From the NCBI GenBank assembly GCA_964432595.1, contig CAYSOF010000011.1, forward strand, positions 47,757-111,756: a stretch of DNA of 64,000 bases. The letters run 5' to 3'. The notes under the pieces are model-generated. The model ran no database searches. It saw only the letters and a program-made list of their open reading frames with translations, and was not told where the DNA came from. The position numbers and the translations under genes were made by a program. Below are positions 34,791 to 44,612 of the stretch, in pieces; position 1 is the stretch's first letter; every line of letters starts with the position of its first letter. The stretch is from an uncultured Candidatus Binatia bacterium (GTDB lineage: Bacteria > Desulfobacterota > Binatia > DP-6).

Positions 34791-34883
34791 CCGCTTCGTC
34801 TATCCTCCGCGACGAGCCGGCGCGAGCGATGCACGAGACGGCTTCCGGCGCACGCGGAGCCGGGCTAGCGTGGCCCGCGAGCA

Positions 34884-36182
34884 ATGCCTCGGGCCTCCCG
34901 ATCCTGCGCGACCTTCCTCGTCGCGGCCCTGCTCGCCGGTGGTTGCAGCCACACGCGCCCATACGTCCGTGGGCCGGCCACCACGCCCGCCCCCGCGCCA
35001 TCGGCGATCGACCATCGGCTGATCCTGATCGGCGACGCCGGTGACGCGAATCCGGACGGCGAGCCGGCGCTCGATCTGCTCGAGGAGCGCGTCCGGGTCG
35101 CGCCGGGCATGACCACCGTCGTCTTCCTCGGCGACAACGTCTACGAGACCGGCATGCCGGACCCGACCGATCTCGAGTGCACCGCGCTCGAGAGCATTCT
35201 CGACGAGGTGCTGCTGAACCTCTACGAGAGCCGATGCGAGGCCGAGCGCCTCCTGAAGGCCCAGGTGAAGGCCGTCCGCGTTCCGGGCGCGCGCGCCATC
35301 TTCATCCCGGGCAATCACGACTGGGATCAGTTCGGCGTCGGCGGGTTCAAGCGCGTGCTCAATCAGCAGGCGTTCATCTTCCAGCTGCGCACGGCCACCC
35401 AGGACATCGCCGAGGTCAGCATGCTGCCCGGCAACGGGTGTCCGGGCCCGACGACGGTCGACATCGGGCGCCGTGGCCGGCTGGTCATCCTCGACACGCA
35501 GTGGTGGGTCGACGTCGGCACGAAGCCGACGCCGGAGCACAATCCGACGTCGTGTCCGTACGTCACCGAGGCGGACGTCCTCGCGGCACTCCTGCGCGAG
35601 ATCGAGGCGGGTGTCGCCGCCGGACGCGAGGTCGTGGTCGTCGGCCATCATCCGCTCGCCAGCAAGGGCCCGCACGGGGGGCACGTCGACCCCGTCGTGC
35701 ACCTCTTTCCGCTCACGATGCTCAGCACGTACGTGCCGTTCGTCGTGCGCTGGCTGCCCCTCCCGGTCCTGGGCTCCGTGGCCGCGTGGCTGCGCGCGAA
35801 CCGTTCGCCGAGCGGCCAGGATTTCTCCGGGCCCGGCAACGCGGAGATGCGGAAGGCCCTCGAGACCACCATGGCGACGGCGGCGTCGCGCGGCGCCACG
35901 CCGCTGCTGTACGCCGCCGGCCACGACCACAGCCTGCAGGTCTTCGAGGCCCGCAGCGGCCCGCGCTATACGGTCGTCAGCGGGCTCGGCTCGAGCTCGA
36001 AGCAGTCGGAAGTGCGGCACGACCACTGGACGCGCTTCGCCCACGCCGACGCGACCCGCCCCGGCCTGATGGAGGTCGACTTCACCACCGACGGCCACGC
36101 GCGCCTCGCGGTGTACGAGTGGTCTCCGGAGCGCAAGGGCGGCGAGGAGGTCTACGCGCTCGAGCTCACCGCGGGCTGGTGA
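34884..36182 (+). CDS. metallophosphoesterase (calcineurin-like) lipoprotein
   Basis: Lipobox LVAALLAGGCSHT. Metal motifs LILIGDAGD, VFLGDNVYE, FIPGNHDWD, VVVGHHP. Confidence 0.75.
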   Translation: MPRASRSCATFLVAALLAGGCSHTRPYVRGPATTPAPAPSAIDHRLILIGDAGDANPDGEPALDLLEERVRVAPGMTTVVFLGDNVYETGMPDPTDLECTALESILDEVLLNLYESRCEAERLLKAQVKAVRVPGARAIFIPGNHDWDQFGVGGFKRVLNQQAFIFQLRTATQDIAEVSMLPGNGCPGPTTVDIGRRGRLVILDTQWWVDVGTKPTPEHNPTSCPYVTEADVLAALLREIEAGVAAGREVVVVGHHPLASKGPHGGHVDPVVHLFPLTMLSTYVPFVVRWLPLPVLGSVAAWLRANRSPSGQDFSGPGNAEMRKALETTMATAASRGATPLLYAAGHDHSLQVFEARSGPRYTVVSGLGSSSKQSEVRHDHWTRFAHADATRPGLMEVDFTTDGHARLAVYEWSPERKGGEEVYALELTAGW

Positions 36183-36636
36183 GGGGCCGGAACGGCGAGA
36201 GCAGGAAATCGACGCCGGCCGCGTGGCACCCCGTGCAGAGCGGGAGGCCGCGGCCGTAGAACGCGTCCGCATTCGTTCCGTCGAGCGTCTCGTAGAACAG
36301 CCACGCACGGCCGCCGCGTCCGCCGCGCAGCTTCCGCATGACGGCCCATCCGACGACCTGCTCCTGCCCGGCGAAGTACAGCTCCTTCACCATCGCGGCG
36401 CCGCGCCGGAACGTCGTCCGTCCCGCGGCGAGATCGTCGACGAGGACGGGGCTGTAGAACGTCCGCACGTGCATGCCGTGCGCGGTGGCCGACGTGTGCA
36501 CCGCGGGCTCGCCCGTGTAGCTGGCCTGATACGCCCCTGCCCGCAACCAGCGGAGCAGCGGGCCCTTGCGACGGGGCGGCGTGGCCTGGGCGCCGGTGAC
36601 GGTCACGAGCAGGATCAGCACGACGAGGACGCGCAT
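36166..36636 (-). CDS. small secreted protein with CxxCH motif (possible c-type cytochrome)
   Basis: Signal peptide MRVLVVLILLVTVTGAQA. Single CTGCH heme-binding-type motif near the C-terminus. Confidence 0.45.
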   Translation of the reverse strand: MRVLVVLILLVTVTGAQATPPRRKGPLLRWLRAGAYQASYTGEPAVHTSATAHGMHVRTFYSPVLVDDLAAGRTTFRRGAAMVKELYFAGQEQVVGWAVMRKLRGGRGGRAWLFYETLDGTNADAFYGRGLPLCTGCHAAGVDFLLSPFRPLTSPR

Positions 36637-36820
36637 CGAGCGCTCCGATGCCGGAGCCGGTCGGCACGTCACACCACGACGCGGGGCTGCCACGTCCCGG
36701 ACGTAGCCCATCCGCGCACGGAAAACATCTCGGGCCTGCCGCCCTTCCCCGGGTTCCGCCCGGCGTTCTCCCGTCATGTCAGGAGTACACGGATGCGGCG
36801 ATTCGCGGATAACGATCGTC

Positions 36821-39544
36821 ATGCGTGCTCTCGCCGTCCTGCTCGCCCTCGCGCTGCCCTCGCTCGCCCTGGCCCAGGCCGCACGGAACGTCGAGCCCGT
36901 CGTCCTGACCGGCGCCGAGGTGCCGGCGTGGTCGCGGCTTCCCGCCCTCACCGTGTGCGCCCCGTATCCCTCGGGCACGACCGGCGGCCGCGACGCGCAC
37001 AACGGCACGACCATCGTCCCGCCCGACGTTCGCACCGGCGTCGCCGTCGACGACGTCGTGGCGTTCCGCTGGACGGGGCTCGCCTGGGTCGAGATCCGGG
37101 TGCAGGTCGACGAACGCTTCGACTACTGCCTGTCGAACCCGCCGTCGGACTTCGCGCTGTACTCCGGCACGGACAAGGAGCTCACGTACGCGTGGGACGT
37201 CGAGAGCTGGAAGAAGACCGACGGCCAGTGCGTCGCCGCCTATCCGCCCGGCGCCGCGCCGACGCCGGATCCCGTCGCCACGCTCGACGACGACGACGAG
37301 ATCGTCTTCATGGCGAGCGACGCGGGCCAGCAGGCGCCGCTGGCGGTGCTGACGCCGCCCGGCACCAGCAACGGCCAGGCGGTCGCCGTGGTCGACCCGT
37401 TCGATCCCACGGCGCCGGCGTTCGTCTACCTCTTCCTGCGCGCCGGCGGCTCGTCGTTCGACGCGTCGAGCGGCTACGTCGACTATACGCGCGATGCGAA
37501 CGCCGACGAGTGGATCGATCGCCACTCGATCGCCGCCGACGACCCCGAGATCCTCGGCGTCAGCAACACCGGCTACGGCCCGAACCTGCCCGGCGACGTC
37601 TGCCGCACGGCCGTGTCGCCCGGCTATCCGGCGACGCCCGACGGTGCGCCGCGCCCGTCGACGGACCGCTTCGTGCGCGACGGCGTCACCGTCGCCACCG
37701 ACGCCTACGAATGGCGCGCGACCGGCCGTTGGATGGTGCGCGGCCTGCGCGTCGCGAAGCCCGGACAGCCGGGCGTCTACGGCCCCGACCTGATCGACCG
37801 CTGGAAGGGGCGCGCGTTCCAGCAGAGCCCCGACTCGACGATCTCGCTCGTCGGCTTCGAGGACGAGCAGGTGAACTGGGAGGCGAACAGCGCGCTCCTC
37901 GGCGAGCGCGTCGGGCCGGTGCGCGCGATCCGCGAGGTGTGGGGCGCCGACTCGGGCACCAACGTCACGAAGACCGAAACCTTCTATCGCGACGCGGTGG
38001 CGTACCGGTACCACGTGCGCGTCCATCCCATCCCGCCCGACGGCCTCTACACGTCGTGGGACTACAACGCCGGCGTCGCCACGCGGTACTACAACCTGCT
38101 GAAGCCGAACGGCGTCGCGATCGACGGCGTCAACGACGACGTCGGCAACGTCGACGGCCTCTTCGGCGTTCCCGCGTTCTTCGATGCGCCCGACCCGACG
38201 TTCAACGTGCCGAGCGCGATCCTCAACTGGGAGCAGATCTCGGGCGCCGGCGACGCCGGCGCGCTCGTCTACATCCTCGAGCTGAAGGGCGCGACGACGC
38301 TCGTGAACCCGGCCGTCGTGCCGTACTACCGCGACGACAAGTGCCTCGACGACGGCACGGGCGACGACCCGGTCGCGCGGCCCTGGCCCGGCGAGGCGTC
38401 GACCGACCCGCGCGTGCAGGCCGGCTATGCCGCCGCGGCGGGCGGCACGCCCTACCCGCAGCTCACGTGCGACCAGAAGCAGGGCGCCTGGGGCGCGCAC
38501 GGCGTCCACTACTTCGTCACCGGCGACAGCGACAACGCCGCGTCGCCCGAGGTGCTGACGGAGATCGACGCGCAGCAGTGGCAGTTCACCGTGCCGACGG
38601 CGGCGCCGGCGAACGTCGCGCAGCCCTACGCGAACACGGTGATCCTGCCGCTCCTGACGGTCGTCACGCCGATCGTCGGCCCGCCGCCGCTGCTCGCGCC
38701 GAGCGCGGCCGACGCGTCGGCCGTCACGCCGCAGGACACGCCGGTCGGCGTGACGCTCGCGGGCGGCGATCTCCTGACCTGCGAGCTCGGCTTCACGATC
38801 GTGACGCCGCCCGCGCACGGCACGCTCGGCGCGATCACGGGCGAGGCATGCACGCTCGGCCTGCCGTCGTCGGACACCGCGCGCGTCACCTACACGCCGG
38901 AGCCGGGCTACGCCGGCAGCGACGCGTTCACGTACCGCACGAACGACGGTCTGTTCGACTCGTCGCCGGCGTCCGTGTTCCTCACCGTCGAGCCGCTGCC
39001 GCCGCCGACCTGCGCGAACGGACCCGTCGTCGGCTGCCGGCGGCCGGTGCGGACGGACAAGGCGACGCTGTCGGTGACGGACCGCTCGCCCGACGTGAAC
39101 GACGAGCTGACGTGGAAGTGGACCGCCGGCGCGGCGACGACGCTCGCCGACTTCGGCACGCCGCTCACGACGACGAGCCATCAGCTGTGCGTCTACGACG
39201 GCGCAGGCGACACGGTCGCTCGCGCGAGCGTGCCGCCGGGCGGGACGTGCGACGGCCGGCCGTGCTGGTCGGCGAAGGGCAGCCGCTATCTGTACCGGAG
39301 CCGCGAACGCGTTCCCGGCGGCGGCAAGCGCAGCACGCTCCGGCTGACGCTCGCGGCCGGCATCGACGGCAAGGCGAAGATTCTCCTGAAGGGCCGCGGC
39401 GTCCACTTCGGGCTCGACGCCCTCCCCTGGGCGCAGCCCGTCGTCGTGCAGCTGAAGAACGGCGAGGGCGAGTGCTGGGAGGCACGGTACGACGCGCCGG
39501 CGCGGCGCAACCAGCCGGGACGGTTCCTCGACAAGGGTGACTGA
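36821..39544 (+). CDS. large secreted protein with Ig/cadherin-like domain and C-terminal recurrent beta-domain
   Basis: Signal peptide MRALAVLLALALPSLALAQA. Ig-like unit (VTYTPEPGYAGSDAFTYRTNDG). C-terminal ~180 aa domain shared with four other proteins in the window. Confidence 0.75.
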   Translation: MRALAVLLALALPSLALAQAARNVEPVVLTGAEVPAWSRLPALTVCAPYPSGTTGGRDAHNGTTIVPPDVRTGVAVDDVVAFRWTGLAWVEIRVQVDERFDYCLSNPPSDFALYSGTDKELTYAWDVESWKKTDGQCVAAYPPGAAPTPDPVATLDDDDEIVFMASDAGQQAPLAVLTPPGTSNGQAVAVVDPFDPTAPAFVYLFLRAGGSSFDASSGYVDYTRDANADEWIDRHSIAADDPEILGVSNTGYGPNLPGDVCRTAVSPGYPATPDGAPRPSTDRFVRDGVTVATDAYEWRATGRWMVRGLRVAKPGQPGVYGPDLIDRWKGRAFQQSPDSTISLVGFEDEQVNWEANSALLGERVGPVRAIREVWGADSGTNVTKTETFYRDAVAYRYHVRVHPIPPDGLYTSWDYNAGVATRYYNLLKPNGVAIDGVNDDVGNVDGLFGVPAFFDAPDPTFNVPSAILNWEQISGAGDAGALVYILELKGATTLVNPAVVPYYRDDKCLDDGTGDDPVARPWPGEASTDPRVQAGYAAAAGGTPYPQLTCDQKQGAWGAHGVHYFVTGDSDNAASPEVLTEIDAQQWQFTVPTAAPANVAQPYANTVILPLLTVVTPIVGPPPLLAPSAADASAVTPQDTPVGVTLAGGDLLTCELGFTIVTPPAHGTLGAITGEACTLGLPSSDTARVTYTPEPGYAGSDAFTYRTNDGLFDSSPASVFLTVEPLPPPTCANGPVVGCRRPVRTDKATLSVTDRSPDVNDELTWKWTAGAATTLADFGTPLTTTSHQLCVYDGAGDTVARASVPPGGTCDGRPCWSAKGSRYLYRSRERVPGGGKRSTLRLTLAAGIDGKAKILLKGRGVHFGLDALPWAQPVVVQLKNGEGECWEARYDAPARRNQPGRFLDKGD

Positions 39545-39612
39545 GCGCATGCCGGGTGCGCCGAGCTTTTGCCGTTGACCTCCGTGGGCGCCGATCCGTA
39601 CAGTCCGGACGC

Positions 39613-42441
39613 ATGTGGCTCGTCCCGCGTGTCCTGGCGGGGTGCGCGCTCCTGCTCCTGTGCGGGTCGCGCGCGACGGCCGCGCTCGTCCTCGACGCGG
39701 CGACGGTCACGGTCCGCCCGGCACGCACCGACTCGTTTCAGCTGAAGGGCCGGCTCGGACCCACGTCGCTCGACGGCGCCACCGCGATCACCGTCGCGCT
39801 GGGACCGTTCTCGATGCAGGTCCCGCTCGACCGGGTGAAGCGGAAGAAGCAGCTCGTCACCTTCCGCGACAAGGCGCCCGGCGCGCGCATCAGCCGGCTG
39901 CGCCTGGACCTGCGGCGCGGCACGTTTCTGGTCGTCGGCGACGAGTGGGTGCTCGCGAACCTGCCGAACCCGCTCGACGTCGCGGTAGGGACGACCGCCG
40001 GCGCGGACTGCCGGACGGTGCGCCTCGAGAACCCGAAGGCGCGACGGCCGCGGAAGCGCGCGCCGTCCGTCGTCCGTCTCGTGCTGGCCAAGAACGGCGA
40101 CGCCGGCGCCTGCGGCACGCTCGCGGCGCCGCGCCCGCGTCCGGTCGCCGTCGTCGCCGGCACACCGACGTCGGTGCTGTTCGAGGTCGACGCGACGACC
40201 GTCGACGCGGGCAGCGTCCAGCTCGTCCGCCTGGACGCGGCCGGCCGCCCGACCGGCGAGCCGGTGTGCACGATGACGTCGGACGGGGCGCGGCTCTCCT
40301 GTACGACGACGATCGCCGAGACGTCGCCGGGCGACGTCACCTTGTTCGTCCGCGGCACCGCGGGGGGCGCGCCGGTGGCGTCGACGGGCTTCGTCCTGCC
40401 GATCGTGCCGCCGCGCAGCGCGGCGGACGCCGCGATGCTCGCGCAGGCCGACGCCGGCGTCGTCCAGGCACGCGACGACGCGTTCGCCCGGCTCGGCGAC
40501 ACGCTCGCCGCGCGCATGGCGCTGCTGCGCGCGCTCGCCGCGGTGCCGGGCATCTCCGGCGCCGCGCTCAGCCCGAACGGCGTCGACGTCGTCTACCGCT
40601 ATGCGAACGGCTGGCTCGGCGGGCTGATCCTGAACCGCGGCCTCGGCACCATCCCCACGCCGTCGGTGGCGACGACCCGTCCGGCCGCCGTGCGCCCGCG
40701 CCCATCGCCCCGCGTCCTCTTCCGCACGTGCGGCGGCGCCGAAGGCGTCTGCTGTCAGCCGAAGGATCGGCGCCAGGCGCTGCTCCGACGCAACGTCCTC
40801 GTCTGGGACGCGGGCTACTTCGGGCCGGGCCGAGACGACGCGCCGGTCGTCGCCGCCAAGTTCGCCGAGTGGGCGTGCCTGGGCCACCAGGTGACGACCG
40901 TCTTCGGCGCCGCCGCGACCGTCGCGTCGGTGAAGCAGTTCACGAGCGCCGCGACGCTCGTGATCTCCACGCACGGCGTGGTGAACAAGTACGGCCGCGT
41001 GATGTTCGCCACCGGCGAGACGATCTCCGACAGCCGCGACGAGCTTCACCACGACGACCTGGTCTTCGGCCTGGTCGGACGGTACCCGATGACCGACACC
41101 GTCGGCATCTACACGGTCTCCGAGGACTTCGTCCGCGTGCTGCCCGGGAGCTTTCCCGAGCGCGCGATCGTCTACGCGAGCTATTGCTACAGCGGCTACG
41201 AGGACGCACTCGCGGCGTACGTGTCGAAGGGCGCGGGCGTCGCGTTCGGCTACGACTGGAAGGTGCACGACACCTACGCGATCGACGTCGCGACGCAGCT
41301 GTTCGACGGCCTGCTCGCCGGCTTCAAGACGGCCGGCGACGCGTACGACGCCGTCGAGCCGAAGCGCGACCCCACTCCGCTGACCGGCTCGCTGCCCGGG
41401 CGCGAGCCCGACACGTGGCTCGAGTTCACGCTGCCCGCCTCCTTCGTCTCGCAAGGCAACCAACGGATCGCCTACGTCGCCCAGCCCGACATCACGCCCG
41501 ACGCGTCGACCGTCGGCCCCGGCGAGTCGGCGACGCTGACCGCGTCCGCAGAGGGCGCGGGGACGTGCCCGCTCGAGTACCACTGGTACACGGAGGGCAC
41601 CGCCGGCGACCTCACGGGCGATACGGGGACGAACGACTTCGAGTCGACGGAGCCGACCGCCACCTACACCGCCCACGAGGAGCCCGACGCCGACGACGAC
41701 GCGGTCGCGGTCGAGCTGTCGTCGCCAGAGAGCGACGGCATCGGCACGAGCTGCGCCGAGGCGAGCGTCGTGACGACGTCGACCAGCAGCACGACGACGA
41801 CGTCGACGACGGTGCCGACCTGCGGTGCGGGCGTCGTGCTGTCGGCCGTCGTCACCGAGGAGATCCTCGCCGGCGCGTTCGCCACGTCGATGGGAACGAA
41901 CGATCAGCATCCGTTCACGTTCCCGCAGACGGCGATCCCCGTCACGCCGACGGCGAACGACGCGAAGCCGTGGAACGAGGTCGCGACGGCCGGCGGTGCC
42001 GCCGCGACCAGTATCGGCGACATCAGCTGGACCGTCGCCCCCTGCGCGATCACCGCGAGCGGCACGTTCGAGGAGTCGAGCATCGGCGGCTCGGCCACCG
42101 CGGCGGCGCAGACGGGACTCGACGCCACGCTGCAGATCGCCTTCGAGGTGTCGCGCGAGGCGCCGTATCACCTCGAGGGCTTCGTCCAGGCCTCCGGCAC
42201 GGCGAAGGACGGCGACAACACGGTCTTCTACGCGCGCTGCTCGGCCAACGGGATCGGCATCGTCGAGGCGAGCCTGCAGAACCCGACCGGCGTCCCCGTC
42301 CCGTTCGAGCGCGACAGCACCGCCTTCCCGGGCGAGGAGCTCATGATAATTTGCGGCGTCAAGCGCGGCGGCGCCAGCGCCGACGGCACCGGCGACGACA
42401 TGGGGACCGTGGACTGGAGCTTCACGTTCACGTTCCAGTGA
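39613..42441 (+). CDS. large secreted protein with N-terminal recurrent beta-domain and clan-CD (caspase/gingipain-like) peptidase-like domain
   Basis: Signal peptide MWLVPRVLAGCALLLLCGSRATA. His/Cys dyad context RNVLVWDAGY...ATLVISTHGVVN...AIVYASYCYSGY. Thr-rich linker. Confidence 0.7.
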   Translation: MWLVPRVLAGCALLLLCGSRATAALVLDAATVTVRPARTDSFQLKGRLGPTSLDGATAITVALGPFSMQVPLDRVKRKKQLVTFRDKAPGARISRLRLDLRRGTFLVVGDEWVLANLPNPLDVAVGTTAGADCRTVRLENPKARRPRKRAPSVVRLVLAKNGDAGACGTLAAPRPRPVAVVAGTPTSVLFEVDATTVDAGSVQLVRLDAAGRPTGEPVCTMTSDGARLSCTTTIAETSPGDVTLFVRGTAGGAPVASTGFVLPIVPPRSAADAAMLAQADAGVVQARDDAFARLGDTLAARMALLRALAAVPGISGAALSPNGVDVVYRYANGWLGGLILNRGLGTIPTPSVATTRPAAVRPRPSPRVLFRTCGGAEGVCCQPKDRRQALLRRNVLVWDAGYFGPGRDDAPVVAAKFAEWACLGHQVTTVFGAAATVASVKQFTSAATLVISTHGVVNKYGRVMFATGETISDSRDELHHDDLVFGLVGRYPMTDTVGIYTVSEDFVRVLPGSFPERAIVYASYCYSGYEDALAAYVSKGAGVAFGYDWKVHDTYAIDVATQLFDGLLAGFKTAGDAYDAVEPKRDPTPLTGSLPGREPDTWLEFTLPASFVSQGNQRIAYVAQPDITPDASTVGPGESATLTASAEGAGTCPLEYHWYTEGTAGDLTGDTGTNDFESTEPTATYTAHEEPDADDDAVAVELSSPESDGIGTSCAEASVVTTSTSSTTTTSTTVPTCGAGVVLSAVVTEEILAGAFATSMGTNDQHPFTFPQTAIPVTPTANDAKPWNEVATAGGAAATSIGDISWTVAPCAITASGTFEESSIGGSATAAAQTGLDATLQIAFEVSREAPYHLEGFVQASGTAKDGDNTVFYARCSANGIGIVEASLQNPTGVPVPFERDSTAFPGEELMIICGVKRGGASADGTGDDMGTVDWSFTFTFQ

Positions 42442-42790
42442 GCGCCCGATAGCGCGCGAGGAGCCGCCGGCCCTTGGCGGCGATGCGGCATGCTGCCGCC
42501 ACCGTCTTCGGCACGGGTTCGCCCCACGCCGCGGCGCTGAGCGCGAAGCGCGTCGGCCTACCCTTGGCGTCGACCAGCTTCGGGAGCGTCGCGCCGGCAG
42601 GCCGCCGTGCGGGTCTTTGGTCTTCTTCCGTGCAAGGTCTTCCGCTTGGCCGGCGCCTTGCGCTTCGCTGTCGATCGCGTCCGCTTGGGCTTCGGCCGGT
42701 CCCACGGCGCGTTTCGCTTCCGTGTGGCCATGCCCGGACGCTATCCCCGCCGCCCTCGACGTCAATCTCCCATCGCAGTATGGAGGCGCC

Positions 42791-43360
42791 ATGACCCTGA
42801 ACGAGCTGCTCAACACCCCGAACGTGACGCCCGAACGCGTCCAGTCCCATCTCGCCTCGCTCTCCGGCGACGAGCGCGTCCGCCAGGCCACGCAGCTCGA
42901 TCGCCGCCATCACAAGGCGCTCTGGGATCTGTCCGCCAACACCCCGCCCATCCAGCTCGAGGAGGTCGTCGGGACCGAGCGGGCGCCGCTCGATCCCGTG
43001 CCGTTCGAAGGCCAGAACAACCAGCCGATCTACCGCCCCTTCAAGAAGGTCTTCTACCGCACGACGAACGGCACGATCGGGGGCTACAACGACAGCCCGG
43101 CCGCGTGGTTCGCGGGCCCCGGCTACTACCTGCTGAAGCGCGACGACTCCGGCGTCTACGTCGACTATACGGAGGTCCCGAAGGACAAGCCGGCGTCGTG
43201 GCCGCCGATCAAGCCGAACGACACGGGCATCTCCCAGTTCGTGTACGGCCACATGAAGGACTACCTGCGGCGCGTGTACGGCCGCGTCTTCATCGGCCGC
43301 GCCTATCGCAAGGGCAAGGAGTCGCCGAACTTCTTCGTCCTCGCGCGCCCGGAGGTATGA
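42791..43360 (+). CDS. hypothetical protein (189 aa)
   Basis: ggagg RBS and an ATG start. K/N/Y-containing composition. First gene of a three-gene co-directional set. Confidence 0.55.
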   Translation: MTLNELLNTPNVTPERVQSHLASLSGDERVRQATQLDRRHHKALWDLSANTPPIQLEEVVGTERAPLDPVPFEGQNNQPIYRPFKKVFYRTTNGTIGGYNDSPAAWFAGPGYYLLKRDDSGVYVDYTEVPKDKPASWPPIKPNDTGISQFVYGHMKDYLRRVYGRVFIGRAYRKGKESPNFFVLARPEV

Positions 43361-43602
43361 CCAGGGCCGCCGTCGCCGTCGGGCTCGTCCTCGTCGTCGG
43401 CGCGCCGGCGCTCGGGCAGCTCGCGCCCGGCTGGCCCGCGGACGACCGTCCCGGCCAGGCTCTCGATCGACAGCGCGGCGAGTCGCTCGACGACTACCAC
43501 CGGCGCCTCGAGCAGTGGCGCGACAGCTCGCACGACGAGCGTCGCGAGATGCTCGATCGCCGCCCCGGCAGTGGGGGCGCCGGCGAGGAGCCCGAGGAGT
43601 AG
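43357..43602 (+). CDS. small secreted protein (81 aa)
   Basis: ATGA overlap with the upstream gene. Signal peptide MTRAAVAVGLVLVVGAPALG. Charged C-terminal half. Confidence 0.45.
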   Translation: MTRAAVAVGLVLVVGAPALGQLAPGWPADDRPGQALDRQRGESLDDYHRRLEQWRDSSHDERREMLDRRPGSGGAGEEPEE

Positions 43603-43607
43603 CGGCC

Positions 43608-44534
43608 ATGTCGCCCGCCACCGTGCCGCTCGCGACCGGGCTCGGCGTGTGGATCGGTGCCGCGCTGTACGTGCACTGGCGGGGCCGCGAGCGCTTGAGC
43701 TTCATGCGGCAGCTCGCCGATCACTCGACGCTGCTCGCGCCCTACAACGCGTTCGTCTACCTCTGCTCGGCCGTCCCCCGGCGTCCGCGGCTGGACGTCG
43801 ACGCGTTCCCCGAGCTGCGCGTGCTGCGGGAGAACTGGCAGACGATCCGCGACGAGGGCCTGGCGCTCCATGCCGCCGGCCACGTCCGCGTGGCGGAGCG
43901 GCACAACGACCTCGCGTTCAACTCGTTCTACAAGCGCGACTGGCGCCGCTTCTATCTGAAGTGGTACGGCCGCCCCCTGCCCTCCGCGACGTCGCTGTGT
44001 CCGCGCACGGTCGAGCTCCTCGCCCACACGCCGAGCGTGCACGCCGCGATGTTCACGATGCTCGCGCCGAAGAGCCACCTCGTGCGGCATCGCGACCCCT
44101 TCGCGGGCTCCGTACGCTTCCATCTCGGCCTGTCGACGCCGAACTCCGACGACTGCCGCATCTTGATCGACGGCGAGCCGTATCACTGGCGTGACGGCGA
44201 AGCGGTGGTCTTCGACGAGACCTACATCCACCGCGCCGAGAACCGTACCGACATGCCGCGGTTGATCCTGTTCTGCGACGTCGAGCGCCCGCTGCGCGGG
44301 CGTCTCGCCACCGCGATCAACCGGTTCGCGATCCATCGGGTGATGGGCATCACGGCGACGGCGAACGTCGACGGCGAGCCCGTGGGCATCGCCAACCGCG
44401 TGTTCGAGCGCGTGTACCACGTGCGCCTGCTCATGAAGCGCCTGCGCAAGCGCAGCCGCCCCCTCTACTACGCGCTGTCCTGGGGCACGAAGCTCGGCGT
44501 GGCGGCCCTGCTCGTCTGGCTCGCGCTCGGCTAG
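43608..44534 (+). CDS. aspartyl/asparaginyl beta-hydroxylase-family 2OG-Fe(II) oxygenase, membrane-anchored (LpxO/OlsC-like)
   Basis: N-terminal TM LATGLGVWIGAALYVHW. AspH-family core (LAPKSHLVRHRDPFAGSVRFHLGL...ETYIHRAEN). Confidence 0.8.
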   Translation: MSPATVPLATGLGVWIGAALYVHWRGRERLSFMRQLADHSTLLAPYNAFVYLCSAVPRRPRLDVDAFPELRVLRENWQTIRDEGLALHAAGHVRVAERHNDLAFNSFYKRDWRRFYLKWYGRPLPSATSLCPRTVELLAHTPSVHAAMFTMLAPKSHLVRHRDPFAGSVRFHLGLSTPNSDDCRILIDGEPYHWRDGEAVVFDETYIHRAENRTDMPRLILFCDVERPLRGRLATAINRFAIHRVMGITATANVDGEPVGIANRVFERVYHVRLLMKRLRKRSRPLYYALSWGTKLGVAALLVWLALG

Positions 44535-44612
44535 GGAGAGAGAGTCGCAGACCGCACAGCATGCCGTCTTTTTCGTTGACCGCCGAAAGCGGCCGACGGT
44601 ACGTATTCCGGG

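Noticed and set aside
36223-42891. Multiple 900-1200-aa alternative-frame ORFs across the two large secreted-protein genes
   Set aside because: Shadow ORFs. The chosen frames have signal peptides, Ig-like and shared-domain signatures.
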